Below are positions 1 through 13,100 of a stretch of DNA of 64,000 bases, in pieces; within the stretch, counting starts at the first letter, position 1, and each line of letters starts with the position of its first letter. Made by a program: the position numbers and the translations under genes. The stretch comes from Styela clava (Eukaryota), in the NCBI RefSeq assembly GCF_964204865.1, contig NC_135264.1, positions 10,664,001 to 10,728,000 of the forward strand, written 5' to 3'. The notes under the pieces are model-generated. The model had not been told where the DNA came from, ran no database searches, and was given only the letters and a program-made list of their open reading frames with translations.

Positions 1-1147
1 AAATAGAGTTATGTTCAATAAGGATGACATATAAATTAATGAGTTAGAATTCGGAAAAGCATTGAAATTGCCACAAACAATAATCTGATTAATTTTTATT
101 TTTTTTTTACTTTTGGAAAGTAATTGAAGACTTTTGTCACTTTGAAAGCATCAAAATATGTTTTAAAATGAAATTATTCTAAAATATTCCCAGAATCAAG
201 AATTTAAAATATTGATTATCGAATAGATTCAGAAAATCTTCTAATTTTAATATATTATATCGGAAGAGCAAAGAATGTCTTGATAGTATTGGAACTACTA
301 GCTCTACAAAACAACATCCGAACCGTCGGTTTTTAAACAAACTCTTCTCAATGCTCTCTCCTTCACAGGTATAAATTTCAAATAGCTACATCCTATCTCT
401 TATTAGCAACAAAATACAAAAAAATTATCAATTATCTGAATAAAATACTTTTTTAAAATTCTCATTATTCAGAGAATAAAATCTACCCGTACTTTCAACT
501 CTATGCTTCGCTGGTACAATACAAAAACTTCCTAATAAATAGAGTCTCACATGTACATAATCTTGTAAGTCAGTCAAGAGTGTGGTGAGTTACAATCCTT
601 GAGTAGCTCTTGAGGTTGTGAATGGGATTTAGACTTGAACAAGGACATTATGACAAGTATTTCGTAATAGTGCTTACGAGCTATTGGTCTACTATAGAAA
701 AAATTCTTTCAATTTACTGTGATTTTATTATCAGTAAGAAACCAAAGTAAGATACCATCCTTCAATGTTTTACCCTCACTACTATACCAAAATCTTTCTT
801 TCTATATCCTTTTCTCAAACTTCAGTATATGCCTGCAAACGATGGCACCGTTCGACTACTAAGAAGGTAGGCATATCGTGTGACACAAGAGACACTGCCG
901 GTAGATAATAGCTTGAATATAATATGTCATATTTTATTAGAGAAGAATGTCCAGGTCAAAAGTGTAAACATTACATTGAATAATTGACGTATAAAACAAG
1001 AACAATCCAAGGACAAAAAAAAAACGATTTATTCCACAAAGATGACAGACCAAATAACAGTTTGTTACGACATCACTCAGAATAAGGCTCTGAAAGGAAA
1101 ATCGTTGAAGAAAATTATGCTACTAAGGTTTGAAATTACTGGGTGAA

Positions 1148-4100
1148 CCTATGATAAAGACAAAACTAGCCTGAAGTCCACTAAATTTATTTGGAATGCT
1201 GTGCTTGGATTGGTCTGGTGCTCAAATACAGGAGTCAAACTTCTAAAAACGTAAACATTGTATCCCAATTGAAAAATTCAACACTAATTTTCAATTAATA
1301 TCAGCTCTGTGTTGTTTAATTCTTCATTTATAATTTTATTGAATGTTCAAAAATAAAATAAGTACCGTAAGCCAGTCGAAAATAAATAGTATAACCAAGG
1401 TTGCTTTCGTAGATTGATCAAAAAATAAACTCATTTTAAGACCATGCCTCATGATTTGCTGGAAGTGGACAAGACACAGAATCAGGAATAAAATTTCGGC
1501 AAAAATATGTGGCTCTCCGAGATAAAAATGTTACTAGAATACATATTCAAAATTGGTGAAAACGATCATTTCTACTCTTACAATTATTTCAAAAAGTTCA
1601 TTCTCACTTCCAATCACTGCACCTATGCAGAGTTCTGTCTAATTATCTAAATTCCCTCTCTAAATTTTCAATGATCTGCATCATAAATATGGTATCAAGC
1701 TTTCTAGAAATTAACTTCCAAGTTTCCATACTAAAAACTCTACTTAACATTTAAAGCAACTACTGAATGAGTACACTCAAAACCATTGAGGATATTTCTC
1801 AAGTCTAATCTATTTAAACATCTGAAAATACCTCAACTGATATATATATATTGAATTCAAATTTTGATCAGACTACCAGAGCAGTCCTGACCTACTCTAG
1901 CAATATCTTTCACTAAATTCATTTAAGGACATCACATCTGTGACCAATCTTTCAGCTCCTTTTTTATCGGACGTAAAACCTGTTGCCACATATTATACAC
2001 AATGTAACAAAAACAGTAGGCGGGAACAAAAATACTAGCTTGTGAAAAAGGGTCGAATGTGTACATATTCCACAGGGTGGTGTTTGGTTACGTTTGGCTC
2101 GAGTAAAATCGCTGTAAGACGAAAGACAAACACAGCTGGATTATATATTTGTACATTTTTTCGGTTATGATGACAATAGCTTTTATCCCATGTCCATAGT
2201 AAGTTCATAAGAAGTGGAATTTTATACAAATTTAAGTAAATAGAAGTTTTTTATCCAACTTTTTGTACTATTGAGAAAAGAATTGAATCCTCAATGATTA
2301 TACATTCAATAATCTATGATCATGTTTTATATTACAACAACTGAATACAAATTATATCTTTACCATGGTAGTTGAACGACTCGACACTCGAACACAATTC
2401 AGTAGTCAACAAAAAAATTTGAGTCAAGAATGCTGCATTACATGAATGGAAATTGGGAGCTATAACACCCGAGCAAGCTGCTGGGCGAGATGAAGCCACT
2501 TGTTTCGGTACTCGAACAAATCGGTAGTCGAACATCAATCCCAAACTACTTATGTTCGACTACCGAGGTGTCGCTGTATTCTATTTTTAAGAATGTTGTC
2601 AATTGTAATATCTAATTACCAATTCCAAGCTTTTATACATAAGTCATTGTATTTTACCCTTTGACCCAAAATACTAAGGTGCCTCAATGTCAATATCCAC
2701 AGCATGTATTGCGCAAGAGAAAGTATTTTTGTGCATTCACAACTCAGTTTCCGTGTCTGTTCACACTCACAACAACAGGATTTGGTGCGGATTTCCGGTT
2801 ACAGAACCTCATAAGGAAGAACATGACCCTAATTCATAATTTATTGGTTATAAAATATTGCAAATGAAAATCAGTGATCAAAAGCCACCATTCGAAGATG
2901 CCAGAGAACAAGAGGTGCAAAAAGACAGTCAAAGGTGAAATTCTGGTGAATAAATAACACAAATTTTTTGATAGACAGATGATTTGAAACATCTCTAAGT
3001 TGCTTTGTCAAGTGGAAAATTTCAGTAAATTAAGTAGACAAAATACTCACAATTCTGAGGTAGAAATGTCGTACAATTTGGTGATGTTGCCCTGATTTTT
3101 GTTGACACCAAGAGGTTCTACATAAAGATGGAAATGTAAGATATTATTAGCATGATATCATTCATAAAAAAAAGATAAACTTGATGTGTTATCGGTTTCG
3201 AAATGTGCACTTCTTGGCCAATATTAGGGATATTTTGAGACTGCGATGTCGCTTTGGGTATTTCTGAAAGAAGCTGTAGGCAAAGTACGCTGACTCAGGA
3301 AATGAATTTACACCTCAACCCAACATATTAAAAAGATACAATTTGACTGAAAGCTAACACCGGTCTGTTATCCCATTGGTCAGATAATATATATATATGG
3401 TTATCATTCTTGCGTAATCAATACCAGACATCATTATTGGTATTTTCCTATAAATTATGATATTCGCAGTAAACTCCTTTAAGAAGGAGATGGTTGAGAA
3501 GGTACAGTAACCAATTTAAAGTTTCTATCACTGGCGTTTACAGTTCCTATTCCCCTAAAATGAGAAACTAACTTACTGAGCATTTTCATTTTTTGTCTAT
3601 CGAGATATTTTCTTTGTTGTCTTTGGCCAGTGTTGCATTGGGACTGTTGTCTCTGTGCACTTCGATGATTATCACTCATTAGTTGAAGACTTTCCAATGG
3701 TCCTCCATGAAATGAACTCTGAACAAAAAGAATTGAGAACATTAATTAAAAAACTGTTTAAAAGCACCCTATTGGCTTTTGTTTTTAAACTACAATAGTG
3801 CTAAAATTTACTCATATAAACACCTCAGATTTTATATTTAAAAGAATCATAAAAAGAAAATTCAAAAGGAAATTTTACGTTTAAAAACCCCGAAGTCATC
3901 ATGAAATTCAGAAAAATCCTGAGATTTTACAATCTACATAATAATAATACTAAACTAGGTAAAAACGTGCTAATTTTTTTGTTTTTTTTTATCACTCAAC
4001 TGACCATTCTGTTCTCAAGTATGTGCATTATATTTCGTACAACAAATCTGCTGTATCAAAAATACTTCAATTCTACTTCAAGGAACAAACTAAACCTAAC

Positions 4101-7100
4101 ACATATTACTATTTGCAAAAACCCATATAAAGCTTAAATTCTTTTCTTATTCTCAGATATAAACAGATTATAGATTTCATAGAATAAAGAAAAACAATTC
4201 AACTATTGACTTTGTTGGGTTATCTAAACACTGCTAACTAAGTTCTAACTATAAATCATAAACATTCCTTATATAAGAAAAATATTGAAACTCCACATGA
4301 GCCATCTTGAATGTAAACAACACAGTATACATTCCTGATAAATATGAATATTAGAGAATAGAAATCAATTAAGTAGGACACTCAAACGTTGAAAACGGTG
4401 CCTCAATGTAAGAGTTTATTATTATTCGATAACAAATTTTCGCATGTGACAATAGGATGTCTGAAGAACTTACATTAGAGTAAATAAAAAGGAAATGTTA
4501 AAAAAGGTGTATATACAGAGTATATACAGAAGGAAAATTTTTCAAGAAGGCGTATATAACGACTGTATACAGAACACAAAATTTTTGTTTTTTCAGTGAA
4601 ACCATGTTTAAATGTATGGTACTTTGCGAAGCAAAATTGCAGAGTTAGTTGTTAAGCAAAAATTTAACTAGGTGAAAACTCAAACTTTCACGCGTCCGCG
4701 TGTAATCATTTTTTCAATGAACGAAGCAATAACAATTAATATAAATTAAATAAACAATCCGTCTTTAGTACTTTGATATATTATTTTTGACTGAAATATA
4801 AATAGTAGGCCTACTTTGCAATTAAAAATGAAAAAATTTAAAAATGAACAATATATTAAATTATGAAGACACAATTGAAACAATTTACTTGTATATTGGC
4901 CTTTACAAGAGGCAACGGTATCTTCACATTCATTTCGAGTACTCTTGTACGTCCCATGAATTATACTTATAGTTTATAGCTGAATGACTATGAAATTATA
5001 TCTAAAGTAGATTCATCAAGTTGAATGGACAAACGAAAAAATAAATGAAATAATGAAAAATTCATATAAACAAATTTAAAGCCTTCAGAATAGTTGAGAT
5101 AGAAATGTGAACATAATTATGCTAAAATTGGTTTCCGATTTCCACATGCTATTTTGATCATTAAATGCAAATAACTTTGCATGTTCTACAATAGCTTCTA
5201 TTTTAATTTATCCCAAATATTTGTTGTTTGATATACTGGATTAGCCGTCAGTTCTCAACCCTTCGCCTAACTAAAGGTACTGGCACATAAACATCATTAT
5301 AACTCTATAAAGTTTCAAGGGTTCTCCAATTGTCAACAGTAATTTTATGTACACTGATTCATTCCAAGAACCTGAACTTTATAACCCTTTTTTTAAAATA
5401 ACCATACATGAATATAACACAAAATTATTTTCTAATAGAAAGAACTCATATGGAGAACGAAGATAGTATCACATTGCAGCATCGTCATTAATAACATTTC
5501 GAAAATCGTCCTCACAATCACTTTGACTATTATCACATTCAAGTTATACTGCTATGTGAGAGTTCTATACCTGATATAAGCTTATAAGAACTTTAAAAAA
5601 ATTCATAAAAACGAATACTGTGTTTTCAAATATTCCGTTCAGATAAAAAAATCTATTACAATATCAATATAATACTTTCAAAGACTCGTTCTAACTAATC
5701 TTTTTGGCACACATAAAAAGTTAAACAAACATAACAAGTAGATCTTAGCCTTTTTTGTTGCGTATAATCCTATAACTAAAAAACACATTCGTTTGAAGTA
5801 TATCCAAATCCCAGTGCTCTTTGGTAAGCTAGCTAAAGTGCTTTTGAAAAGTAAGATTGTAAAAACAAGATATTTTTAGATCCTGGCATTGTGAAGTTCA
5901 TTAATTCAATGCTTTCATAAATCGAATATTTTTAATTGTTCTCAAATATTGACATTCTATATGCTAAAAATTAAAATCTACAAACGAGGGTTTTAAAACA
6001 TATATTAGACATAATTGAATAATTTGAAAAAATCAATTTGATTGTCTAATCATGAAAAGAAAATTTTTTTTCGATAAACTATACCATTATTTTGTATTCT
6101 ATAAATATTTTTCTATTGCTTCTCAAAATTAAAACTTTCTTAAAAATACAACCAAGTAGAACTACTTTCACAAATCAAAATTCAAATTCAATTAGTAAAA
6201 TTTTACAAAATCTTTTTAAAAAAAGCTATCTACACTTTGCTTGAACACTCGTAAATCAAGCCTCAAGATAAGGCAATGCTTGAAAACTACTGACAACAAA
6301 TGACCAGAAAAATTCTTCAATCCACATATCAACATCTAGTATTACAAATCGGGTCAAGAGGACCAGCTGAAACGCTTAAAAATGTTCCCAATTTCTTTTT
6401 CTATCCTCCTTTCAAGAAGGGAATCAATACAAAATATTCACAAAAAGTGAACACTATTTTTTTATTATAATCGGTATAGTGGGAATGATAAACGGATCAG
6501 TGTTATTTGAACCCCATTGTCTACGAAGCTTACTGGCGTCAGAAATGAAAGGAGAAATAATAAACGCTGTAATGATTGATACGCTACCCGATATCATTGA
6601 TTATTTTTTCGATGCGAGGAGGTCAAAATATTTATATAAGTTGTAATGACTGATTGATGAGACAAGGGCATTGTCAATGTGTGAACAACAAAAGAAAATT
6701 TTAAGCGAAAAGACCCAGGTATCCAACAATAGTGAATTTTCAAATAATACTTCTCAGACATTTTACTCTGTTTTTGAGATCAAAATCGAAGTACCAAATG
6801 TCATTATTTTTTTTAATAGAAAAGTTGTTAGAAATGAGTACATTTTCAAAAACCTTGCTAATAAATATGCCGATCGACTTCTGACCCACAGCAGTAGCGC
6901 AACTACTGGGGGAGTTACAGGGGTCGTTTTTTTATAGATATTGTTCTTCGTTCAAACAATGACATTCTACAGTCATAATACTCCGATGAAAACTACTTTT
7001 TTCGAGTGCTATATCATCTCAACGTAATTTTACACCGCCTGACTTCAATCATACCTTATTCTTGTTAGTTACCTAATATTGACGCTATCCCCGCGCATAT

Positions 7101-10100
7101 GTTCGTATTCAAAAATGAGATATGTTACCTCAAAAAAGTAGAAATTGCGCGCTGTCGATGCAAATTGGACGCGACAATAGCATCACACTCTCGCGCTTCA
7201 TCATCTTGACGCAATTTAACGCCGCTCGTCCTCATGTTATAATAATGCAGTAAAAACTCTGGATACGAAAAATCCAACTTACGAAAATTCTTTTCGGAAA
7301 ATATTGCTTCGACTAACGTAACATTTTCTACATATGAAAGGCCAAAAACCGAAAACTTAAAAAACGTGTGTGATGATATTGGTTTATTTTAGGTTAATTT
7401 AATGCAGGGATGTCCAATTCAAATTTAATATCGAATATCGTTTTTCATGTTTTTAAGGATACGGCGCACATATCCTACCACCACCGTCTGATTCAAAAAC
7501 ATTTCACAATTATTTCATTTTTTATCGCAGTCGAAAGCAGCCGAAAGCTGTGTGGCACAGCAATAACTTAGTCGTCATGAAATGATTTCAATAAACTCCG
7601 ACTTGAAGTGCTTATAAAACATTGAGGACGTTTTTGGTTGAAAATATTTCACATTTATTATCATATATTTCAATTTAGTCAAGATAGGTTGTGCGGAGTC
7701 AGCAATGTCCCAATGGCACCTATGTATGAAGAAAAATCAAAATATTCACTAAATTTTTGTTATCCTACTGTATAAGTACTAAGAGCCCTGTAGTAGTACA
7801 TAATCAGCTTCGAGAAACATATTGCTAAGAATCATTCATTGGGACATTCTGCTGCCCCCTGTTGGTATGTAATATGTCCACATTACAATTTCCATTGTTA
7901 AGGATGTCATTTTCCAAATAATTAATTGGAGTTTTCTGTTGTATTAAAATCATTTCCAAAAGTTAGAATTAAATTAAACTTGTAATGCTCCTACCCAGGC
8001 AAATTGATGGTGCCAGATCAAACAATGTTTTAACCAAGAACTCAAGATTATATAACACCTCGAGTTTTAGCTTCTTACTTATTACAGCAATTTTTTTGCA
8101 ATAAACAAATTGCAATTTACAGATTTATACTTACAGAGCTAGGAACTGCTGGAGTTGTAACTGGTGAGGACTGTACTCTGTTTCCAAGACCATAAGGTAA
8201 TATAAAACTTGAAGAAAAATTATTCGCAATTCTTGGACGCGGACGGCCAGTATGATATTGAAGTTGAGCTTGTGAGCCTTTTTGATTAGGGGCTGCAGAG
8301 AAACAATAAGTATTCATGATAATGATAAAATAAGATGATCCTGAGTGTTATCTAAAATGAAAATAAGGTATGGTCCGTATGGATATGTATACAAGTTGAA
8401 TAGTTTATTAGCAGAACCAATATGACAGATGGACTGGCCTTATCATTATATGTAGCAATTTTCATTTTGGTTCAATATGGTAATAAGTACCAGTAGTTAT
8501 CAGTAGGTATGTTTCACCAAAAATGCTGCTGCTTTTTTAATCAAAGAGTGAGACTTTTTTATCTTGCCATGCCTCCATCATGCTTACCGGATGAGCTTTT
8601 CATTTAACTCGGTGAACTAAGGCCGTATCGTTTCTTTATTCAATTAATTGAATACCTCGTTAAAAAGTATCACTGAGGCATGTTGGTCCAAACATTCCAA
8701 CATATACCACTATCATAGTGATAGAGTGCAAAAAGATGTTAACTACTATTAGTAGCCTAACCTTTCATATGTTGTTTATTTTTTGCATTCATTGCCTTTG
8801 CAAAAGATGACATTAAATCGAGACTGTCGAAATCTTGAGTCTTTGATAAATCAGCATGAGATGCTGGCAGTGAAGCAGAATCTGAAGCAACGTCAATATT
8901 ATCTGCAACGTCGAACGATATATTCGCTAAATCTGATGTTGTCAGACCTTTCAAACAATTCCACCCTGATGACGAAGACCTCAGTGAAGATAAAGACTTA
9001 TTACTCTTCTGAAACTTGCCGCTGTAAATAAAAGGAATATTAATGAAGATCTTTTTGAATTGCTCAGATAAAACGTAATCAAATGATACCATGATACCAA
9101 CTCTTTGTCCTGCTATGCACCATGGGCTCATTTGTTGCTACATAGTTACTATTTGTATGGATTTTCAAATTGATTTCATAACATCTCACCTTATATTCAA
9201 TAAAGTAGGAGAAGTATTTGGTACAGAATGCGAACTTATGCTTGTAAAAGGGTTTCTGCAATATGGAACACGTGCTGCACCACGACTTTGACGAATAGTA
9301 AAAGGAGATTGATTAGAGTGCGTTGGTAAAGTGTTGCAATGTTGTTGTCCTCTCCAACGATTTAAGGGCAGTGAGGAAAACTTCCGAGCACAGTTACGTG
9401 CAATTGCAATATCATTGTTATAAAATCGAACAACATTTGGAAATTCTGAAGCAAGGGTTTGACTGCAAGATAATATACTGGAATCGAATCTAAAAAGAAA
9501 AGAATAGGTGAAAAATAACTGACTTAACGAATCCCATACTCGACATGGACTGGTAACTTGGCATGGACTTGGCCATTTGATTAAGCACTACACTAAATCA
9601 TATATCACTTCCAGAACATAAGACGGATAATATTTATTGCAATATGGGAAATTAATACTACTATATATACATTTCTATTTTTATGAGGTATTCCACTCCT
9701 TCCATAAACAAACTTCTATTATATGGGTTATTGGAACAAGAATATTTTGTTCAGATAATTGAATTATCTGGGTGCAGTGGTCTAGCAGTTGGGCCGTTAC
9801 CGTTAGAATTACCAATGATGGCATTGCAGGTTCAAATCTCATGCCTTCACCAGGGGGAAATATATTGGTGGACTAGAAAAATTTTGGTCCTTCCAAAATA
9901 AGGTAGCTCCCCATATATACAGTGGATGCTTGTTCATAGCATTGTTCAAAGCAAAAGACGTCTAATTGTGACATAAAAAAAAACTTAGCACCAAAAATCT
10001 TGTGTTCAGAGCCCATGCCCACAAGCTCACCTAAACATGTAATAAATCTGTTAGGCAATACCAAATCGAATAGACATTGGTACAGGGCCGTGTTCGGAGT

Positions 10101-13100
10101 ATAGGCATTACAAAACCATTCAAAAAAATTCCACCCTGTAATATTCGTACCCTATGTCAGACTTTTCATACAAAGTTGATAGCAATAAATTCGGACTGCT
10201 ATGATTTCTTTCTATATGTTCAAGCTCTTTAGTCTTCGATGATGAGATTTCAGCAACTTTCTGTTTTTCTTTTCTCTGTTTTTCTATTAGATGTAACTTT
10301 TTCGTTGCTGTCTTAATGAATCTACGAGGCTGGGGAATCGGAACAACCACTGCTGTGAACTGACTCTTGTTTTCTTTGTTAGCCTTTGGTCGCTGAAAAA
10401 GTGAAATTCAAACCTTCAGAATAATATATTTGTGTTAAAAGTTTTTATTTGCTTTAAAAAGGATTCTGCACAAGCATAACATTGGACACATTGTGCATTG
10501 TGACAAAACCTACCCTAAAATTTAAATTCTGGGTAATAGACTCCTTGAGGTCAAGGTTGAAATCGAAACAGAAATATGAATTCTCTGAGTTAGAATTTTA
10601 GGCTTTTGATGATGATATATAAGTCAAAATTTCTGAGAGACGCTCAAAAAGTATTTAGTTGACACTTAACTGGACATTTTCAACAGACAATGATAGAAAG
10701 CTTAATAAGACCTACCGGTACATATCAAACAGTTTTTGTTACTAAATCCTTTTTATTTGAAGTTTGGAACTGGAAGAATTAAGTTCCTCAACCTGGAGTC
10801 AGTTTCTCAACCTGGAGTTGGAGCCAACATATTCGTCAAGCCAGAGTCGAGCGTCATTTTATTGGATATCACAGAGTTTGGAGCCAGAGTGTGGTGTAAA
10901 TTTTCCAAACTTCGAAGCCCGGCTACTACTGGCTTACTGAGACATTCCAATAGTATCATTGACATGACTACATTTACAGTAGTTTATTATTTACCAGTAT
11001 CTGCTATTTATTCGATCTAGAAAATTGCAAATTATTCACCTGATCTCCGATTTTAAAATTTTCAATAAGAAGATCACTCGGACGTGACCGGTTGAGCAAA
11101 GGAGTAAGACCAGCGAAATTGGTTGACAATCTAAAAATAAGGAAACAACATTTTTAACCAAGTTTTAATTAGATTGGCATATATTTGCTTAATCTGGACA
11201 GTGTATGGAAGTTACAGTCAAAAAAAAAGCAGAACCTGACATACAACATTGAGATAGAAACGCATGATAATGGTACACAACACTACTTACTGTAGTATTA
11301 TTAAACACTACAAGTACCGTAAAACGGGGTGACTTTGACCTCACGGGTTGACTTTGGCCCCATTTTGAGAATTTGTTTAAAACCCACCCAAATCTACTTT
11401 TATTTGATATTTCCCATTTTATTTTGTTTTGATACTGTAGTTAATAACAGCAGCAATAATTATACAACAAAAAATCTTGTCACTTTATGAAAAATATTTG
11501 GGAAAAAAAACTTTTTCATTTGGAGGGTCAGAAATAAAAAAATTGAAAAAAAAATCGCAACTCAGTACTTTTATTGAGAAGTCCAAAAAAGAAACATTCA
11601 ATTGTCCTTATTCTTTACAGGTTGGAAGAGATATTCTCTGTGAAGGTTTTTATGGTGTTTGGAACAAGTTTAAACTAGTTGGGGGCGTATGAGGGAGGTT
11701 TTTTGCCCACAATGCAAAATTCCATGTAATATGGTACTGACTTTGGCCCACCTTATTACCCTATACAAACCTACTTTTTTGTTTTATTTTTCAGAAATAA
11801 AACGAATTTATTTTCTCATTCTAGTCATCCAGTTAATCTATAAATGTAAACAGTTTATTTCAAATCATGGTGAGAAAATTCAGTCGTGTTTTGGGCAGTA
11901 GAAGATACCATGATTATAGTGAGAAAAAACTTCAGCGAGCTCTGGAAGCAATTAAAAGGGGAGAATCGCAAAGAAACGTTGCAGCACAGTTCAATATACC
12001 TAGGAGTACTTTGAAGAATAAGTTGAAACTGAGGCACATGAAAAAATTTGGTGGGCAAACAGTTTTATCTGCAGAAACTGAGAAAATTCTAGTGGAGCAC
12101 TGCATAGCCGTAAGCAGTTTTGGTTTTCCGATAGCACAGGAAGATTTGAGAAGCATAGTTAAAGCTTATCTTGATGCAAAAGGAGTGACTGTCAGTAAAT
12201 TTCACAGCAATTATCCTGGAGTTGAATGGGTGAAAGCATTCTTAAAAAGGCACTCAGAACTAACGGTGCGATTCGCAACGAATATAAAAAAGAAAAGGGC
12301 AGGGGTATCGAGTGAGACTATTGAAAAATATTTTGAAAACATCGAAGAAGAGTTGGATGATGTGCCCCCGGAAAATATTTGGAATTATGATGAAACAAAC
12401 TTAACTGATGACCCAGGTATGAGTGACTTTGCTTTTAAGTATATACAGTACTACGGTATTCAATTTTTCAAGCGTTCTTTGTTAATCCCCTTTTTTAAAA
12501 TATTTACTGCGTCAAATCAAATTTTAAACTATTTATGGTGTTATGTAAAATTTCACTTTGGCTTGCAGTCTAGTATGGATAATAAATATTACTGTATTGT
12601 GATCAAAGCATTTATTTTTAGGGCAAAAGAAGATAATATGCAAGCGCGGCTGCAAATACCCAGAAAGAATCCTGAATTCGACAAAATCTGCAATAAGTTT
12701 GATGTTCTGTGGGAATGCAGCAGGAGCAGTGATGCCACCGTATGTAGTGTACAAAGCCGAGAATCTGTGGAGCACTTGGGTTGAAGGAGGACCACCAGGG
12801 ACACTATACAACAGATCAAGATCAGGCTGGTTTGATGGATTTAGTTTTCAAGATTGGTTTAATCGAATGGTGCTGCCTAGGCTGAAGCGTCAAAATGGGA
12901 AAAAAGTTCTCATTGGGGATAATTTATCCTCCCATATCAGTCCAGATGTTCTGAAATCATGTCTTGATCACAATATAGCTTTCATATGTCTACCGCCTAA
13001 TTCGACGCACCTCACCCAACCCCTGGATATTGCCTATTTCAGGCCAATGAAAGTCGCTTGGAGATCGATATTGAATTCTGTGAAAAGTAAAGAAAGAAGG